Of a DNA stretch of 64,000 bases, positions 27,544-35,930 are shown one piece after another; position 1 is the stretch's first letter, and each line of letters starts with the position of its first letter. Source of the stretch: a virus (Duplodnaviria > Heunggongvirae > Uroviricota > Caudoviricetes); the IMG/VR virus record IMGVR_UViG_2579778694_000005; one strand, written 5' to 3'. A model generated the notes under the pieces. That model did no database searches and had not been told where the DNA came from. It saw nothing but the letters and a program-made list of their open reading frames with translations. A program made the translations under genes and the position numbers.

Positions 27544-27763
27544 TCAAACATCTCCGTTCTTAATCCACTGCCTGATTTCCTCGTCTCGTGCGACTTCTTT
27601 CTCGTGTTGGGTAACATACAGGTCGGGTAAAAGAGGTGGAGCGAATTCTGGCTCTGTCGAACACCACTTTTCATATGCCTCACGCATAGATTTTTCTACA
27701 TCCCAATGTTCCAACTCTTGGTATTCAATCGGCCAGTTATCCTGCAATTTCTTCACAGCTTTA
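27544..27763 (-). pseudogene. C-terminal fragment of a phage gene truncated at the IS boundary
   Basis: The frame is open from the IS end (27764) down to the stop at 27544. Protein-like sequence (...REAYEKWCSTEPEFAPPLLPDLYVTQHEKEVARDEEIRQWIKNGDV). The upstream part of the listed 118-aa ORF is IS sequence. Confidence 0.45.
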
Positions 27764-27781
27764 TGAATCGCCACGGATAAT

Positions 27782-28594
27782 CTAGACACTTCCGAGCCGT
27801 TGATAATACTGGTTTTCATATTCTGTCGGTGACATCTGTTCGCTAGAACCATGCCGACGCTTACTGTTATAAAACATTTCGATGTAATCAAAAATATCAC
27901 TGCGGGCTTCTTCCCGCGTTCCGTAGATCTTTTTCTTTATCCGTTCACGTTTCAACAACTGGAAAAAACTTTCTGCAACCGCATTATCATGGCAGTTACC
28001 GCGACGGCTCATGCTACCCTCCAGGCCGTGTGATTTCAGGAACGACTGCCACTCATGGCTTGTGTACTGACTGCCCTGATCCGAATGAACCAGCACCTGT
28101 TTTTCGGGATTACGCCGCCATACAGCCATCAGCAGTGCGTTCAGGACAATGTCCTTTGTCATCCGGGATTGCATGGACCAGCCGATAATTTTGCGTGAGA
28201 ACAGATCAACAACAACGGCAAGATACAGCCAGCCTTCGTGGGTCCTGATGTAGGTTATGTCCGTTACCCAACGCTCATCAGGAGCATCCGGATTGAACTG
28301 TCGCTGGAGCCTGTTGGGTGACACGATACTGGCCTCGCCTTTACGTGCCCGCGGGCTTCGGTATCCGACCTGAGCCTTTATTCCGACACGTTTCATCAGT
28401 CTCCAGACTCTGTTTACTCCGCACTGTTGCCCGCTGTCACGCAGATCCAGATGGATTTTGCGATAACCATAGACGCATCCCGATTCCAGCCAGAACTGTT
28501 TAATCTGTCCTGTCAGTCTCAGGTCTGCCTGATGGCGTTGTGAATGCGGCTGCTGAAGCCAGGCGTAAAAACCACTGGGATGAACATCCAGCAC
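27782..28594 (-). CDS. IS3-family transposase OrfB (DDE catalytic domain; expressed as OrfAB by -1 frameshift)
   Basis: Motifs DITYIRT, HSDQGSQYTS, CHDNAVAESFF. The frame is open upstream to the slippery site. Confidence 0.8.
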   Translation of the reverse strand: MLDVHPSGFYAWLQQPHSQRHQADLRLTGQIKQFWLESGCVYGYRKIHLDLRDSGQQCGVNRVWRLMKRVGIKAQVGYRSPRARKGEASIVSPNRLQRQFNPDAPDERWVTDITYIRTHEGWLYLAVVVDLFSRKIIGWSMQSRMTKDIVLNALLMAVWRRNPEKQVLVHSDQGSQYTSHEWQSFLKSHGLEGSMSRRGNCHDNAVAESFFQLLKRERIKKKIYGTREEARSDIFDYIEMFYNSKRRHGSSEQMSPTEYENQYYQRLGSV

Positions 28595-28650
28595 CCGACA
28601 GAGCAGGCGAACAGGCCAGCAACAGGAGTTGTCACGGATAAAGGCGTACC

Positions 28651-28935
28651 TCAGTCGGACAGCTTTGCGAAGTACGCCGCGGCTTTTTTTAATATGTCCC
28701 GTTCGTCGGTAACCCGTTTCAGCTCTTTCTGGAGACGGCGGATCTCGGCCTGAGCATCTGACTGTTCTTTATTAGTGGAAGAATCCGGACCGTACTTCTT
28801 TATCCAGGCATAAAGGCTGTGGGTGGTGATATCGAGACGTGTTGCAACGCTGGCAACAGAATAACCGCGATCAACAACCTGTTTGACTGCTTCAGTTTTA
28901 AACTCTTCAGGATAACGCTTACCGCTCATGGGCAC
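28651..28935 (-). CDS. IS3-family transposase OrfA (HTH + leucine zipper)
   Basis: 94 aa ending ...ILKKAAAYFAKLSD. A AAA AAG-type slippery heptamer (TTAAAAAAAGCC, on the minus strand near 28685) for the programmed -1 frameshift. Confidence 0.75.
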   Translation of the reverse strand: MPMSGKRYPEEFKTEAVKQVVDRGYSVASVATRLDITTHSLYAWIKKYGPDSSTNKEQSDAQAEIRRLQKELKRVTDERDILKKAAAYFAKLSD

Positions 28936-28992
28936 CTCTCTTTAAGTCATCTTAAATGACTCTGAGGTGTCTGTTAAACGCGTGGCGATTCA

Positions 28993-29155
28993 GAGCTGAA
29001 AGAAGTGCGCCGTAAGAATGCTGATCCGAAGAAGCTGGAGTCCTACACTGAACGCGATCCGGACGGCACTATTCGCAGCTACAGCTTCTTGAACGGCAAG
29101 TCGTGCGAATCCATCGTATACCCAGACGGCACAGGCAAAACGACCTGCGATTAAT
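28993..29155 (+). pseudogene. C-terminal fragment of a gene truncated at the other IS boundary
   Basis: Frame open from the IS end to the stop at 29153-29155 (...DPDGTIRSYSFLNGKSCESIVYPDGTGKTTCD). No start codon with RBS. Followed by the terminator. Confidence 0.4.
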
Positions 29156-29164
29156 TCTTCAGAA

Positions 29165-29187
29165 GCACCTCATATGGGGTGCTTTTT
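29165..29187. terminator. bidirectional rho-independent terminator
   Basis: GCACC-TCATATGG-GGTGC flanked by an A-run and a T-run. Confidence 0.55.
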
Positions 29188-29680
29188 ACTTTGGATCGCG
29201 AAACAGCATCTGCGTGCCTTTGGGTGACGTGTCGAAAAGGTGAAAACCTCTGCGTTTTAGCATGTCGGCCATTTGCGAGGATTTGACGTAGCACTTCGCC
29301 ATCATCGGCTGGCTCGGGTTTGAATCGATCATGTCGGACACCAGCATTGACCCATAGCCTTTCCCGCGCAGCTCTTTGACGATACTGACGGCACGGAGTT
29401 CAAGTCGTGGCGCACCGGTTGGATCGAGTGCGGCACAGAACCAGATTAGCCCTGCTTTTTTGTCATCAGAACGGCGCAGCAGGATGTAGATATAATGCCC
29501 GGAGTATTGGCCCTGCTCGTTCGTCTGGATGGCCAGCCTGGTCTGCTTCTCAAAGGTTTTACCACCCTTTGATGTGAGGATCTCTTCGTAGAAGTGACCC
29601 TTGCGTGCGCCGTCTTCGAACTCACCCATGATAAATGGCATGTCTGCCACAGTTGCTGCCCTTGAATAAAATTCACTCAT
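29186..29680 (-). CDS. GNAT family N-acetyltransferase
   Basis: Acetyl-CoA binding motif (IVKELRGKGYGSML). Confidence 0.65.
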   Translation of the reverse strand: MSEFYSRAATVADMPFIMGEFEDGARKGHFYEEILTSKGGKTFEKQTRLAIQTNEQGQYSGHYIYILLRRSDDKKAGLIWFCAALDPTGAPRLELRAVSIVKELRGKGYGSMLVSDMIDSNPSQPMMAKCYVKSSQMADMLKRRGFHLFDTSPKGTQMLFRDPK

Positions 29681-29755
29681 GTATTAATCCCTAAAGCTCT
29701 CAGTGTCTTTCTAAGACACCATATTTTATGCCCCGGTAAAACCATGAGTTTACGT

Positions 29756-30400
29756 TTAAAACGTCTCAGGGGGCTTCTGACGCGCTACGCTGATGTCGAT
29801 TACCCCAGCTTTTGGGCGAGGGTCGACAAGATTCAACTCTTCAGCACTGTGATACTCCGTATCGAACTCCCGATCGACATGGCGAATGTAGATGGCCGTA
29901 AGAAGGCTGTCGTCGTTCAGGAAGTGTCCGTAGGATTTGCGGATCACTTCGCCAACCTTCTCGATCTTCTCTCCACCCATGCAGAGATGGTTAAACCGGC
30001 TGTGTTTCCGCAGCATCTCATCCACCGGGCCGGAGTAGACCTTATCGACTCTCCCGAACCGGATGATATTTCCAGTATCAGCCTCAACCAGACAAACGAG
30101 CTTGCCAGGTTCGACCCGGTCTCGCCATGTTACGCCAGAGCGGAATGTGTTGAAGTAGGGTGCGTCTAATCCGATGATCGGTTTACGAAATGCCAGCAGT
30201 GGCACGTAACGTATGCAGCTGTTCAGGTGGAAGTGCGCCCCGGCGTCGTGGAGTTTGAGCCGGGTTTCGTTAATCGGGCACTTCGACGCAATGCCGCACA
30301 GGTCGCAGAGCAACTTCTGTTTGTTCAGGCTAGTGTTCGATTCAATGGTGTAGGAGCCATCTTCAAGACGGCGAACCCAGCGCGTGCGTTTGAGATCCAT
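29756..30400 (-). CDS. hypothetical protein (214 aa)
   Basis: ORF with reasonable codon usage. No motif recognised. Confidence 0.5.
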   Translation of the reverse strand: MDLKRTRWVRRLEDGSYTIESNTSLNKQKLLCDLCGIASKCPINETRLKLHDAGAHFHLNSCIRYVPLLAFRKPIIGLDAPYFNTFRSGVTWRDRVEPGKLVCLVEADTGNIIRFGRVDKVYSGPVDEMLRKHSRFNHLCMGGEKIEKVGEVIRKSYGHFLNDDSLLTAIYIRHVDREFDTEYHSAEELNLVDPRPKAGVIDISVARQKPPETF

Positions 30401-30486
30401 AATTCTTATTCAAATAGTTTTGTCCGGGGCAACGATAACTGACAAGGCGCACCGATGTTTGCAAATGCCTGTTTTACTTATACCCA

Positions 30487-30560
30487 TTATTCACAGGACC
30501 GATCCAATAATTAGATCCCCAGAGAGATCCTACAGAAGATCAAAAGAGATCCCCGATCGT
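30487..30560. promoter_or_regulatory. origin module copy 1: DnaA box TTATTCACA plus cluster of 6 GATC sites
   Basis: TTATNCACA consensus at 30487-30495, followed by CGATCC, AGATCC, AGATCC, AGATC, AGATCC, CGATCG within 70 bp. Confidence 0.6.
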
Positions 30561-30594
30561 CTCCAGCCGTTGCGGTTACTGGCCTGAGAGGGGT

Positions 30595-30715
30595 TTACTA
30601 TCCACTATGGGGAGGAAAGTAACCTCTGTAGAGAGCATAATAACCGCTATGAAGAGCAAAACAACCTCTCTGGAGAGTGGTCGGTATCCACTGTAGTGAG
30701 TAGGATACATTGTCT
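30595..30715. repeat. iteron block 1 (about 5 copies of the ~19-bp CCACTGTAGAGAGTA-type repeat)
   Basis: ATCCACTATGGGGAGG, CCTCTGTAGAGAGCA, CCGCTATGAAGAGCA, CCTCTCTGGAGAGTG, TCCACTGTAGTGAGTA. Confidence 0.65.
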
Positions 30716-30861
30716 TAACTGGATAACTCAGTGCCTGTTTTTCTACGTCAGGTGGCTGATATTCATAGAGATGTTGAAAGTTTTGCGTTCAGGCGTGTTT
30801 GTTTCGACCACACATTATCCCCAGAAGGGGAGTGATGGCTGGTTTTGCAATTACCTGATTT

Positions 30862-30935
30862 TTATACACAGGCCCGATCCAGTAATTCAGATCCCAAAGA
30901 GAACCAAAGAGACCCACAAAGACCCAAAAAGATCC
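30862..30935. promoter_or_regulatory. origin module copy 2: DnaA box TTATACACA plus GATC cluster
   Basis: TTATACACAGGCCCGATCCAGTAATTCAGATCC..AGATCC. A paralogous copy of 30487-30560. Confidence 0.6.
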
Positions 30936-30974
30936 CCGCACCCAGCAAACCGTTGTGCCACATGGCCTTAGAGG

Positions 30975-31105
30975 TGATCGATATCCACTATAGAGAGAAG
31001 ATCAGCCACTATGAAGAGCAAGCCAACCACTGTAGAGAGTAGAAAAACCACTATAGGCGGTAGGATAACCGCTGTGATGAGTGCTACTATCCACTGTAAT
31101 CAGCA
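30975..31105. repeat. iteron block 2 (about 6 copies) immediately upstream of repA
   Basis: TATCCACTATAGAGAGAAG, GCCACTATGAAGAGCA, ACCACTGTAGAGAGTAG, ACCACTATAGGCGGTAG, ACCGCTGTGATGAGTG, TATCCACTGTAATCAG. Confidence 0.65.
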
Positions 31106-31144
31106 AAGGCCACCAAAGCGGTCGAATAAAAAGAGACACTTGGA

Positions 31145-32200
31145 ATGAGCGAAAACGGTAATAAAAACATAGCGATCGTTGAAGCATTCTCAGAAACAGA
31201 CAAAAAGACCGGTGAAGTTGTTACGTTAGTTCCTAACACCAACAACACAGTTCAGCCTGTTGCTCTGATGCGTCTTGGTCTCTTCGTTCCGACGCTGAAA
31301 TCGACCGCCAGGGGCAGAAAGGGGCAAATGGTCTCTATGGACGCCTCTGCTGAACTCAAACAGCTGTCTCTGGCCAAAGCCGAAGGGTACGAGGACATAA
31401 GGATCTCCGGCGTTCGTCTGGATATGGATAACGACTTCAAAACGTGGGTAGGCATCATCCACGCGTTCGCCAAACACAAGGTTGTTGGCGACACCGTCAC
31501 GTTACCGTTCGTCGAGTTCGTCAGGCTCTGTGGCATACCAACGGCCAGATCGTCCGCGAAGTTACGCAAGCGCCTGGACAGTTCTCTAACTCGTATTGCT
31601 ACAAACACTATCTCATTCCGCAGTAAAGGCTCTGATGAGTATTACGTGACGCACCTTGTGCAGACAGCAAAGTACAGCACAAAGAACGACACGGTCTCGC
31701 TGCAGGCTGATCCTAAGATTTTCGAACTCTACCAGTTCGACAAAAAGGTTCTTTTGCAACTCCGGGCAATTAACGAACTCTCCAGAAAAGAATCCGCGCA
31801 GGCGCTCTACACCTTCATCGAAAGTTTGCCACCTGACCCGGCACCAATCTCGTTGGCTCGCTTACGCGCCAGACTTAACTTAACCAGCCGCACCATTACC
31901 CAGAACGCGACAGTCAGGAAGGCGATGGAGCAACTTCGGGAGATCGGCTATCTCGATTACACCGAAGTGAAGCGCGGCAGCTCGGTCTACTTCATCATCC
32001 ACTATAGGCGGCCGAAGTTACGCCCGTCATTGCCACCAACTAAAGCTGCGCCTGAAGAACCAGAAGACATCTTGCCTGGTGATGATCAGGAGGACATTAT
32101 CGATGTTGTTCCTGAAGAAAAAGAGGGTGAGATGGTCATGTTGAGCAAGGAAGAACTGGCGATTCTCGAAGAGCTACGCAAGGCAAAAGCTCGCAAATAA
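31145..32200 (+). CDS. repA: plasmid-type replication initiator RepA (P1 RepA/RepFIB-like, iteron-binding)
   Basis: 351-aa basic protein flanked on both sides by iteron arrays cognate to its gene. Preceded by DnaA boxes and a GATC cluster. C-terminal acidic tail. Confidence 0.7.
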   Translation: MSENGNKNIAIVEAFSETDKKTGEVVTLVPNTNNTVQPVALMRLGLFVPTLKSTARGRKGQMVSMDASAELKQLSLAKAEGYEDIRISGVRLDMDNDFKTWVGIIHAFAKHKVVGDTVTLPFVEFVRLCGIPTARSSAKLRKRLDSSLTRIATNTISFRSKGSDEYYVTHLVQTAKYSTKNDTVSLQADPKIFELYQFDKKVLLQLRAINELSRKESAQALYTFIESLPPDPAPISLARLRARLNLTSRTITQNATVRKAMEQLREIGYLDYTEVKRGSSVYFIIHYRRPKLRPSLPPTKAAPEEPEDILPGDDQEDIIDVVPEEKEGEMVMLSKEELAILEELRKAKARK

Positions 32201-32204
32201 CCCA

Positions 32205-32760
32205 ACCACTGTAGAGAGTAGAAAGGCTCACTATCCACTGTAGTGAGCCTTTTGTTTATCTGAAATCCGCTATCCACTGTAGTGAGTAACAACAACCGAA
32301 GAGTAGCCACTGTAGGCAGTGGCGCTCAAATAGCGAAATAAATGTTAGTGGTTACAAACCTAGATGAAACAAGGGCTGCGAGGTTAGTGGTCACTGGGTA
32401 TCTTGTTAGATCCACTCTCTATAGTGGTTATCGTTGTTCCCGTAGTTATTGGCTATCCACTGTGGAGAGCAGAATCGGTTGGCCGTATTTACTAACCACT
32501 GTAGTGAGTAGATATCCGCTGAAAACAGTGAAGGTTTACTCTCCATAGTGGATACCCGCTGGAGAACGCATTCCATCACTCTCTATAGTGGTTGTTTGCT
32601 GCGAATGAACGCCTGTTTACTCCCTACAGTGGATAGCGACGTCGATAATCGCCACTTTACTCACTACAGTGGATACCGGATATCACGGCAGCCGTTTTAC
32701 TCACTACAGTGGTTATGGGCCGGATACGCACGCGGTGAGCTGGCTACTCACCGCAGTGGT
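32205..32760. repeat. downstream iteron array (incA-like), at least 14 copies in both orientations
   Basis: CCACTGTAGAGAGTAG, CTCACTATCCACTGTAGTGAG, CTATCCACTGTAGTGAGTA, TAGCCACTGTAGGCAGTGG, TTACTCACTACAGTGGATA and further copies of the same core at irregular spacing. Confidence 0.7.
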
Positions 32761-32768
32761 TAGTGTTA

Positions 32769-32984
32769 TCAGTGGATTTTCTTCAGCAGACCCCAGAGTG
32801 TCCCGGCCTTCGTCGTGAGCTTACCTGTTTCCGGATCGTACATGCGCCATTCGCGACGCTGGTGGACAATGACACCGTCCTCACGTTCCAGTCGCTCCAG
32901 CACGCCGGGTTGCTTAAACCCTTTGGCACGCCAGTAGCCGCTTGTTTTTTCGATTTCCAGACCTGCCAGTGTAACCGCCATCAA
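32769..32984 (-). CDS. hypothetical protein (71 aa)
   Basis: ORF with 4-bp overlap to the upstream gene. Confidence 0.4.
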   Translation of the reverse strand: MMAVTLAGLEIEKTSGYWRAKGFKQPGVLERLEREDGVIVHQRREWRMYDPETGKLTTKAGTLWGLLKKIH

Positions 32985-33316
32985 CCAACCTCCTTGCAGT
33001 CATCGAAAAGGTAGCTGGCGTTCTTCGCGTGAACGCCGTAGACATCACCTGATTTGTTGTAAACGAACTTATCTTCACCCACGCCAGACAGTTTGCCGTT
33101 ACGTTTGGTGAGATAGGGGGAAGACAGGACGCGATCATCGCGAACAACATAAAACTGTTCGCCGCTGTCCACAACCATCGCGCCGTAGCTGGCTTTGACG
33201 ACATTGCGGATCACGTCGTTTTTCACTTCGGCCACTGACATCTCACACTCATAGACGTGCGTGTCCGCGTAGACAGGGAGGGAGAGCAGCGCCAGAGCCA
33301 GGGCTATTTTCTTCAT
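32981..33316 (-). CDS. secreted/periplasmic hypothetical protein
   Basis: N-terminal signal peptide MKKIALALALLSLPVYA. Confidence 0.55.
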   Translation of the reverse strand: MKKIALALALLSLPVYADTHVYECEMSVAEVKNDVIRNVVKASYGAMVVDSGEQFYVVRDDRVLSSPYLTKRNGKLSGVGEDKFVYNKSGDVYGVHAKNASYLFDDCKEVG

Positions 33317-33495
33317 GCCACGACTCCTTTGATAACGCCGAATGCTGAGTCGAATACCAGCACTACGGCCAGCGCATTAACCATCGCGCCATTAACAGGC
33401 GCCAGCGCTTTACGGATTGCTCCGGTGAAGATGCAATCGAGCACAAAAGCTATCGAGACAATAAGTAATAAAGTGTCTAATACAGTTTTCATGAT
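33316..33495 (-). CDS. small membrane protein (59 aa; below ORF-track cutoff)
   Basis: Translation of the minus strand gives MKTVLDTLLLIVSIAFVLDCIFTGAIRKALAPVNGAMVNALAVVLVFDSAFGVIKGVVA, two hydrophobic helices. Stop overlaps the next start. Confidence 0.4.
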
Positions 33496-33532
33496 AGGTA
33501 GATACTAACTTATATATTTTTTGCTGTAAATA

Positions 33533-33808
33533 TCACTCAAAAGTGCTGATGCCTAAGATACGCTCAAGATGAGCCGCGTCTTCATCGCTTACCGGCATCG
33601 TGTAGTCGACGTACCAGCAACTACCGTTGTGCCAACAAACACCGTCATCATCGACATACACAGAATCTGCATCAATGCCAGTGTACTCAACGAGATTGCG
33701 CTCAATTGCCGCTTGAATTTCTTCATCGTTCAGCCCATCGCACTTGACCATGAATAGCGGGTAAACGTCATAGTCGGTGCTGGCTGAAATGCGAACCAAA
33801 ATCTTCAT
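33533..33808 (-). CDS. hypothetical protein (start MKILVRIS at 33808)
   Basis: RBS AAGGAG 7 nt upstream of the ATG at 33808. The ORF-track N-terminus extends through the promoter region. Confidence 0.45.
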   Translation of the reverse strand: MKILVRISASTDYDVYPLFMVKCDGLNDEEIQAAIERNLVEYTGIDADSVYVDDDGVCWHNGSCWYVDYTMPVSDEDAAHLERILGISTFE

Positions 33809-33876
33809 GTGTTTTCTCCTTGTTGGTAAGTGCTTATTTATATTAATGTGCGCCATGCGGCGCACAATCATTGTGT

Positions 33877-34287
33877 TCAGGCTGGTGGGAAGAACTTCTC
33901 CAGCGTCCGGTCGACAGCCTTATCAATGTGCATCAGATGCCAGACGACCATATCTTTGCTTCCCAGACCGCGGGTGTAGATCACGTCGAACTTACGCCAG
34001 GCGGCGTGAAACCAGTGCGGTGTATCATCAACCGGCAGATTCTCTCCAGCCTCCTTGAAGTACTTGAGCAGCATGGCCTGTTCAGCGGTGGGCGTCGGGC
34101 CAATCTCTTCCGCGTACATTCTGATGAAACGCTGCCAGTCGGCTTCATCTTCTGAAGGTTCCGGTGCGTTCATCTCTGCAATCGCCTCACGCAGCTGCGT
34201 CGCCCATTCTGGCTCCGGGAAGCCCTGGGCAATTTCGGTATCCACTACATCCAGCGCAGCGTTGGCCGCGTCATACAGTTTCTTCAC
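33877..34287 (-). CDS. hypothetical protein (136 aa)
   Basis: ORF in the operon, overlapping the upstream gene by 17 bp. Confidence 0.45.
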   Translation of the reverse strand: MKKLYDAANAALDVVDTEIAQGFPEPEWATQLREAIAEMNAPEPSEDEADWQRFIRMYAEEIGPTPTAEQAMLLKYFKEAGENLPVDDTPHWFHAAWRKFDVIYTRGLGSKDMVVWHLMHIDKAVDRTLEKFFPPA

Positions 34288-34660
34288 GCTTTTTCTCCTG
34301 CATTAAAAGGAACACGGTCATTGCCGCTCTGAAAGGGTTAGGGTTCTGGATCAGATGTTGTGGCGTTGAGCTATCCACCTTTCTGTGGGCCGCCCTCCAC
34401 TCGCCAGGCTGTCTGGCAGGGATTACGCCGATTCTGTGCCGATAAATAATGTCCCACGCATCTTCCGGATCGTTACACCAGTCGAAGGTTCCGGCTCCGT
34501 TCGGGCCGATGGCGACCACTGCTGTGTAATCGCCTTCCTGTGAGCCTTTCCAGCCATATTGTGAGATAAGCGGTCGATGGCCGGTGGCTTCCGCGACCAG
34601 GCAGTTAATCTCAAAGTCCGTCATCTCGCTGTAATTTTTCATTCCCGATCTCCTTCTCAT
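34271..34660 (-). CDS. hypothetical protein (129 aa)
   Basis: First gene after a motif-A element (34726-34758). Confidence 0.45.
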   Translation of the reverse strand: MRRRSGMKNYSEMTDFEINCLVAEATGHRPLISQYGWKGSQEGDYTAVVAIGPNGAGTFDWCNDPEDAWDIIYRHRIGVIPARQPGEWRAAHRKVDSSTPQHLIQNPNPFRAAMTVFLLMQEKKREETV

Positions 34661-34725
34661 CCGTTGCCGAACAACTATGTGGCGTTGTCACTTTGTACTT
34701 CTACGGATGGTAATTCCGTATTAGT

Positions 34726-34758
34726 AACCAATTTGTTTTCTTGTTGGTGATAATACGG
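34726..34758 (-). promoter_or_regulatory. motif-A element
   Basis: TAACCAATTTGTTTTCTTGTTGGTGATAATACGG. Confidence 0.45.
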
Positions 34759-34762
34759 AAAT

Positions 34763-34786
34763 AAAAAAGGCGTCCAAGTGGACGCC
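34763..34786 (-). terminator. rho-independent terminator (GGCGTCC-AAGT-GGACGCC family)
   Basis: Hairpin + T-run on the minus strand, directly after the SPFH gene stop. Confidence 0.55.
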
Positions 34787-34804
34787 GTATCTTTGAAAAG
34801 GCTG

Positions 34805-35635
34805 TTACTTCAACGCGATAAACGGAGTATTGGCCCCTTCAGTCATGTACTGAGGCAACTGACCATTCCATTTGTTGATGGCTTCCAGCTCCATGACGTT
34901 CGGGTTCTGACGTAATGCTTCACCGCGCAACTTGATGGCATCAGCTTCTGCTTGAGCACGCTTGCGGATAGCGTCGGCTTCACCTTCGGCTTGTTCACGC
35001 AGCATGTTCGCTTCTGCCTTGCGCTGCTCAACTTCCTGCTGGCGCTGGAGCGTTTTCTGGTTCGCGGTCACTTTGGCATTGATAGATTCGATGACAGTGT
35101 CCGGGTAGTCTGGTTTGCCCACCCATGACAGGCTAATAACCTCAATACCTACCGGTGACATTTCTGCCTGAATGTCTTTCAGCGCATTGTCGAGCAAAGA
35201 CGCCTTGCCACCGTCGATGAACGTGTCGGTAGTCATGCGGCTGGCCAGACGGTTCAGTGAGTCCGCAATCTTCTGGCGCAGATCAGTGTCGGTAATGTCA
35301 TCAACACCTTTGCGATAGGTCTGGAATACGGTAGTTACTTTGTCGCGATTAACCAGATATGCCACACCAATTTTGTGGCCGATGGCTGTACCGTCGCTCA
35401 TCTGGAATGTGAACGGCTCATCGTAGGTTTTCATCTGTTTGAAAGTGGGGAAGGTGTACAGCTCGGTATTCAGACCAGTCCACTGACGGCCAACGCCGAC
35501 AACTTCACCGATACCTTTGTCTTCACCCAATTTGTTTACCTTAATGCCAACGTATCCCGGTTCCACGCGATCGCAGCCGGTCAGACCCATTGTGCAAATA
35601 GCAGCCAAAGCCACCGCCAGTAAACCTTTCTTCAT
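34805..35635 (-). CDS. SPFH/band-7 (prohibitin-like) domain lipoprotein
   Basis: Lipoprotein signal MKKGLLAVALAAICTMGLTGC. C-terminal coiled-coil with HflC/stomatin-like AEAxAxxxxAEA repeats. Confidence 0.6.
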   Translation of the reverse strand: MKKGLLAVALAAICTMGLTGCDRVEPGYVGIKVNKLGEDKGIGEVVGVGRQWTGLNTELYTFPTFKQMKTYDEPFTFQMSDGTAIGHKIGVAYLVNRDKVTTVFQTYRKGVDDITDTDLRQKIADSLNRLASRMTTDTFIDGGKASLLDNALKDIQAEMSPVGIEVISLSWVGKPDYPDTVIESINAKVTANQKTLQRQQEVEQRKAEANMLREQAEGEADAIRKRAQAEADAIKLRGEALRQNPNVMELEAINKWNGQLPQYMTEGANTPFIALK

Positions 35636-35638
35636 TAC

Positions 35639-35839
35639 TTACTTCTCCTTAATTTTATTGAGTGAGTTGATATACCTGCGGCCAGCTTTTAACAAGGCAA
35701 CCGGGAAGACTACAGCGATGGCAAGTCCGATAAATAAGGCCAGATCGCTTTTAGCTGAGATAAGCGATGGAACCAGTAAACCGTAGATAAAGCAGACTGA
35801 TATCACCGCTGAAACAGCCATGAGATAACCCTTGATCAT
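35639..35839 (-). CDS. small membrane protein (66 aa)
   Basis: Two predicted TM helices. 4-nt gap to the SPFH gene (NfeD-like partner position). Confidence 0.45.
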   Translation of the reverse strand: MIKGYLMAVSAVISVCFIYGLLVPSLISAKSDLALFIGLAIAVVFPVALLKAGRRYINSLNKIKEK

Positions 35840-35901
35840 GTGTTTCCTTTTGTCGTTTTGGTGTAGAAATGATAAGTAAGTACTTATATATTTTCAAGTA
35901 T

Positions 35902-35924
35902 AAAAAAGGCGTCCAACGGACGCC
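35902..35924 (-). terminator. rho-independent terminator (GGCGTCC-AAC-GGACGCC)
   Basis: Hairpin + T-run on the minus strand after the recombinase gene. Confidence 0.5.
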
Positions 35925-35930
35925 CTGTGA

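Larger units (their letters stand above)
27764..28992 (-). mobile_element. IS3-family insertion sequence (1229 bp)
   Basis: Imperfect terminal inverted repeats TGAATCGCCACG... at 27764 and ...CGTGGCGATTCA at 28992. orfA + orfB with a DDE transposase. Ends TG...CA. Confidence 0.8.

Noticed and set aside
27544-27900. 118-aa minus ORF spanning 27544-27900
   Set aside because: Its first ~45 codons are IS terminal sequence (overlapping the orfB 3' end). The ORF is a chimera created by read-through across the IS boundary. Only 27544-27763 is phage-derived.
30595-32760. Arrays of ~19-bp direct repeats considered as a CRISPR array
   Set aside because: Repeats are irregularly spaced, occur in both orientations, lack uniform spacers, and flank a repA gene with DnaA boxes and GATC sites. 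They are plasmid iterons.
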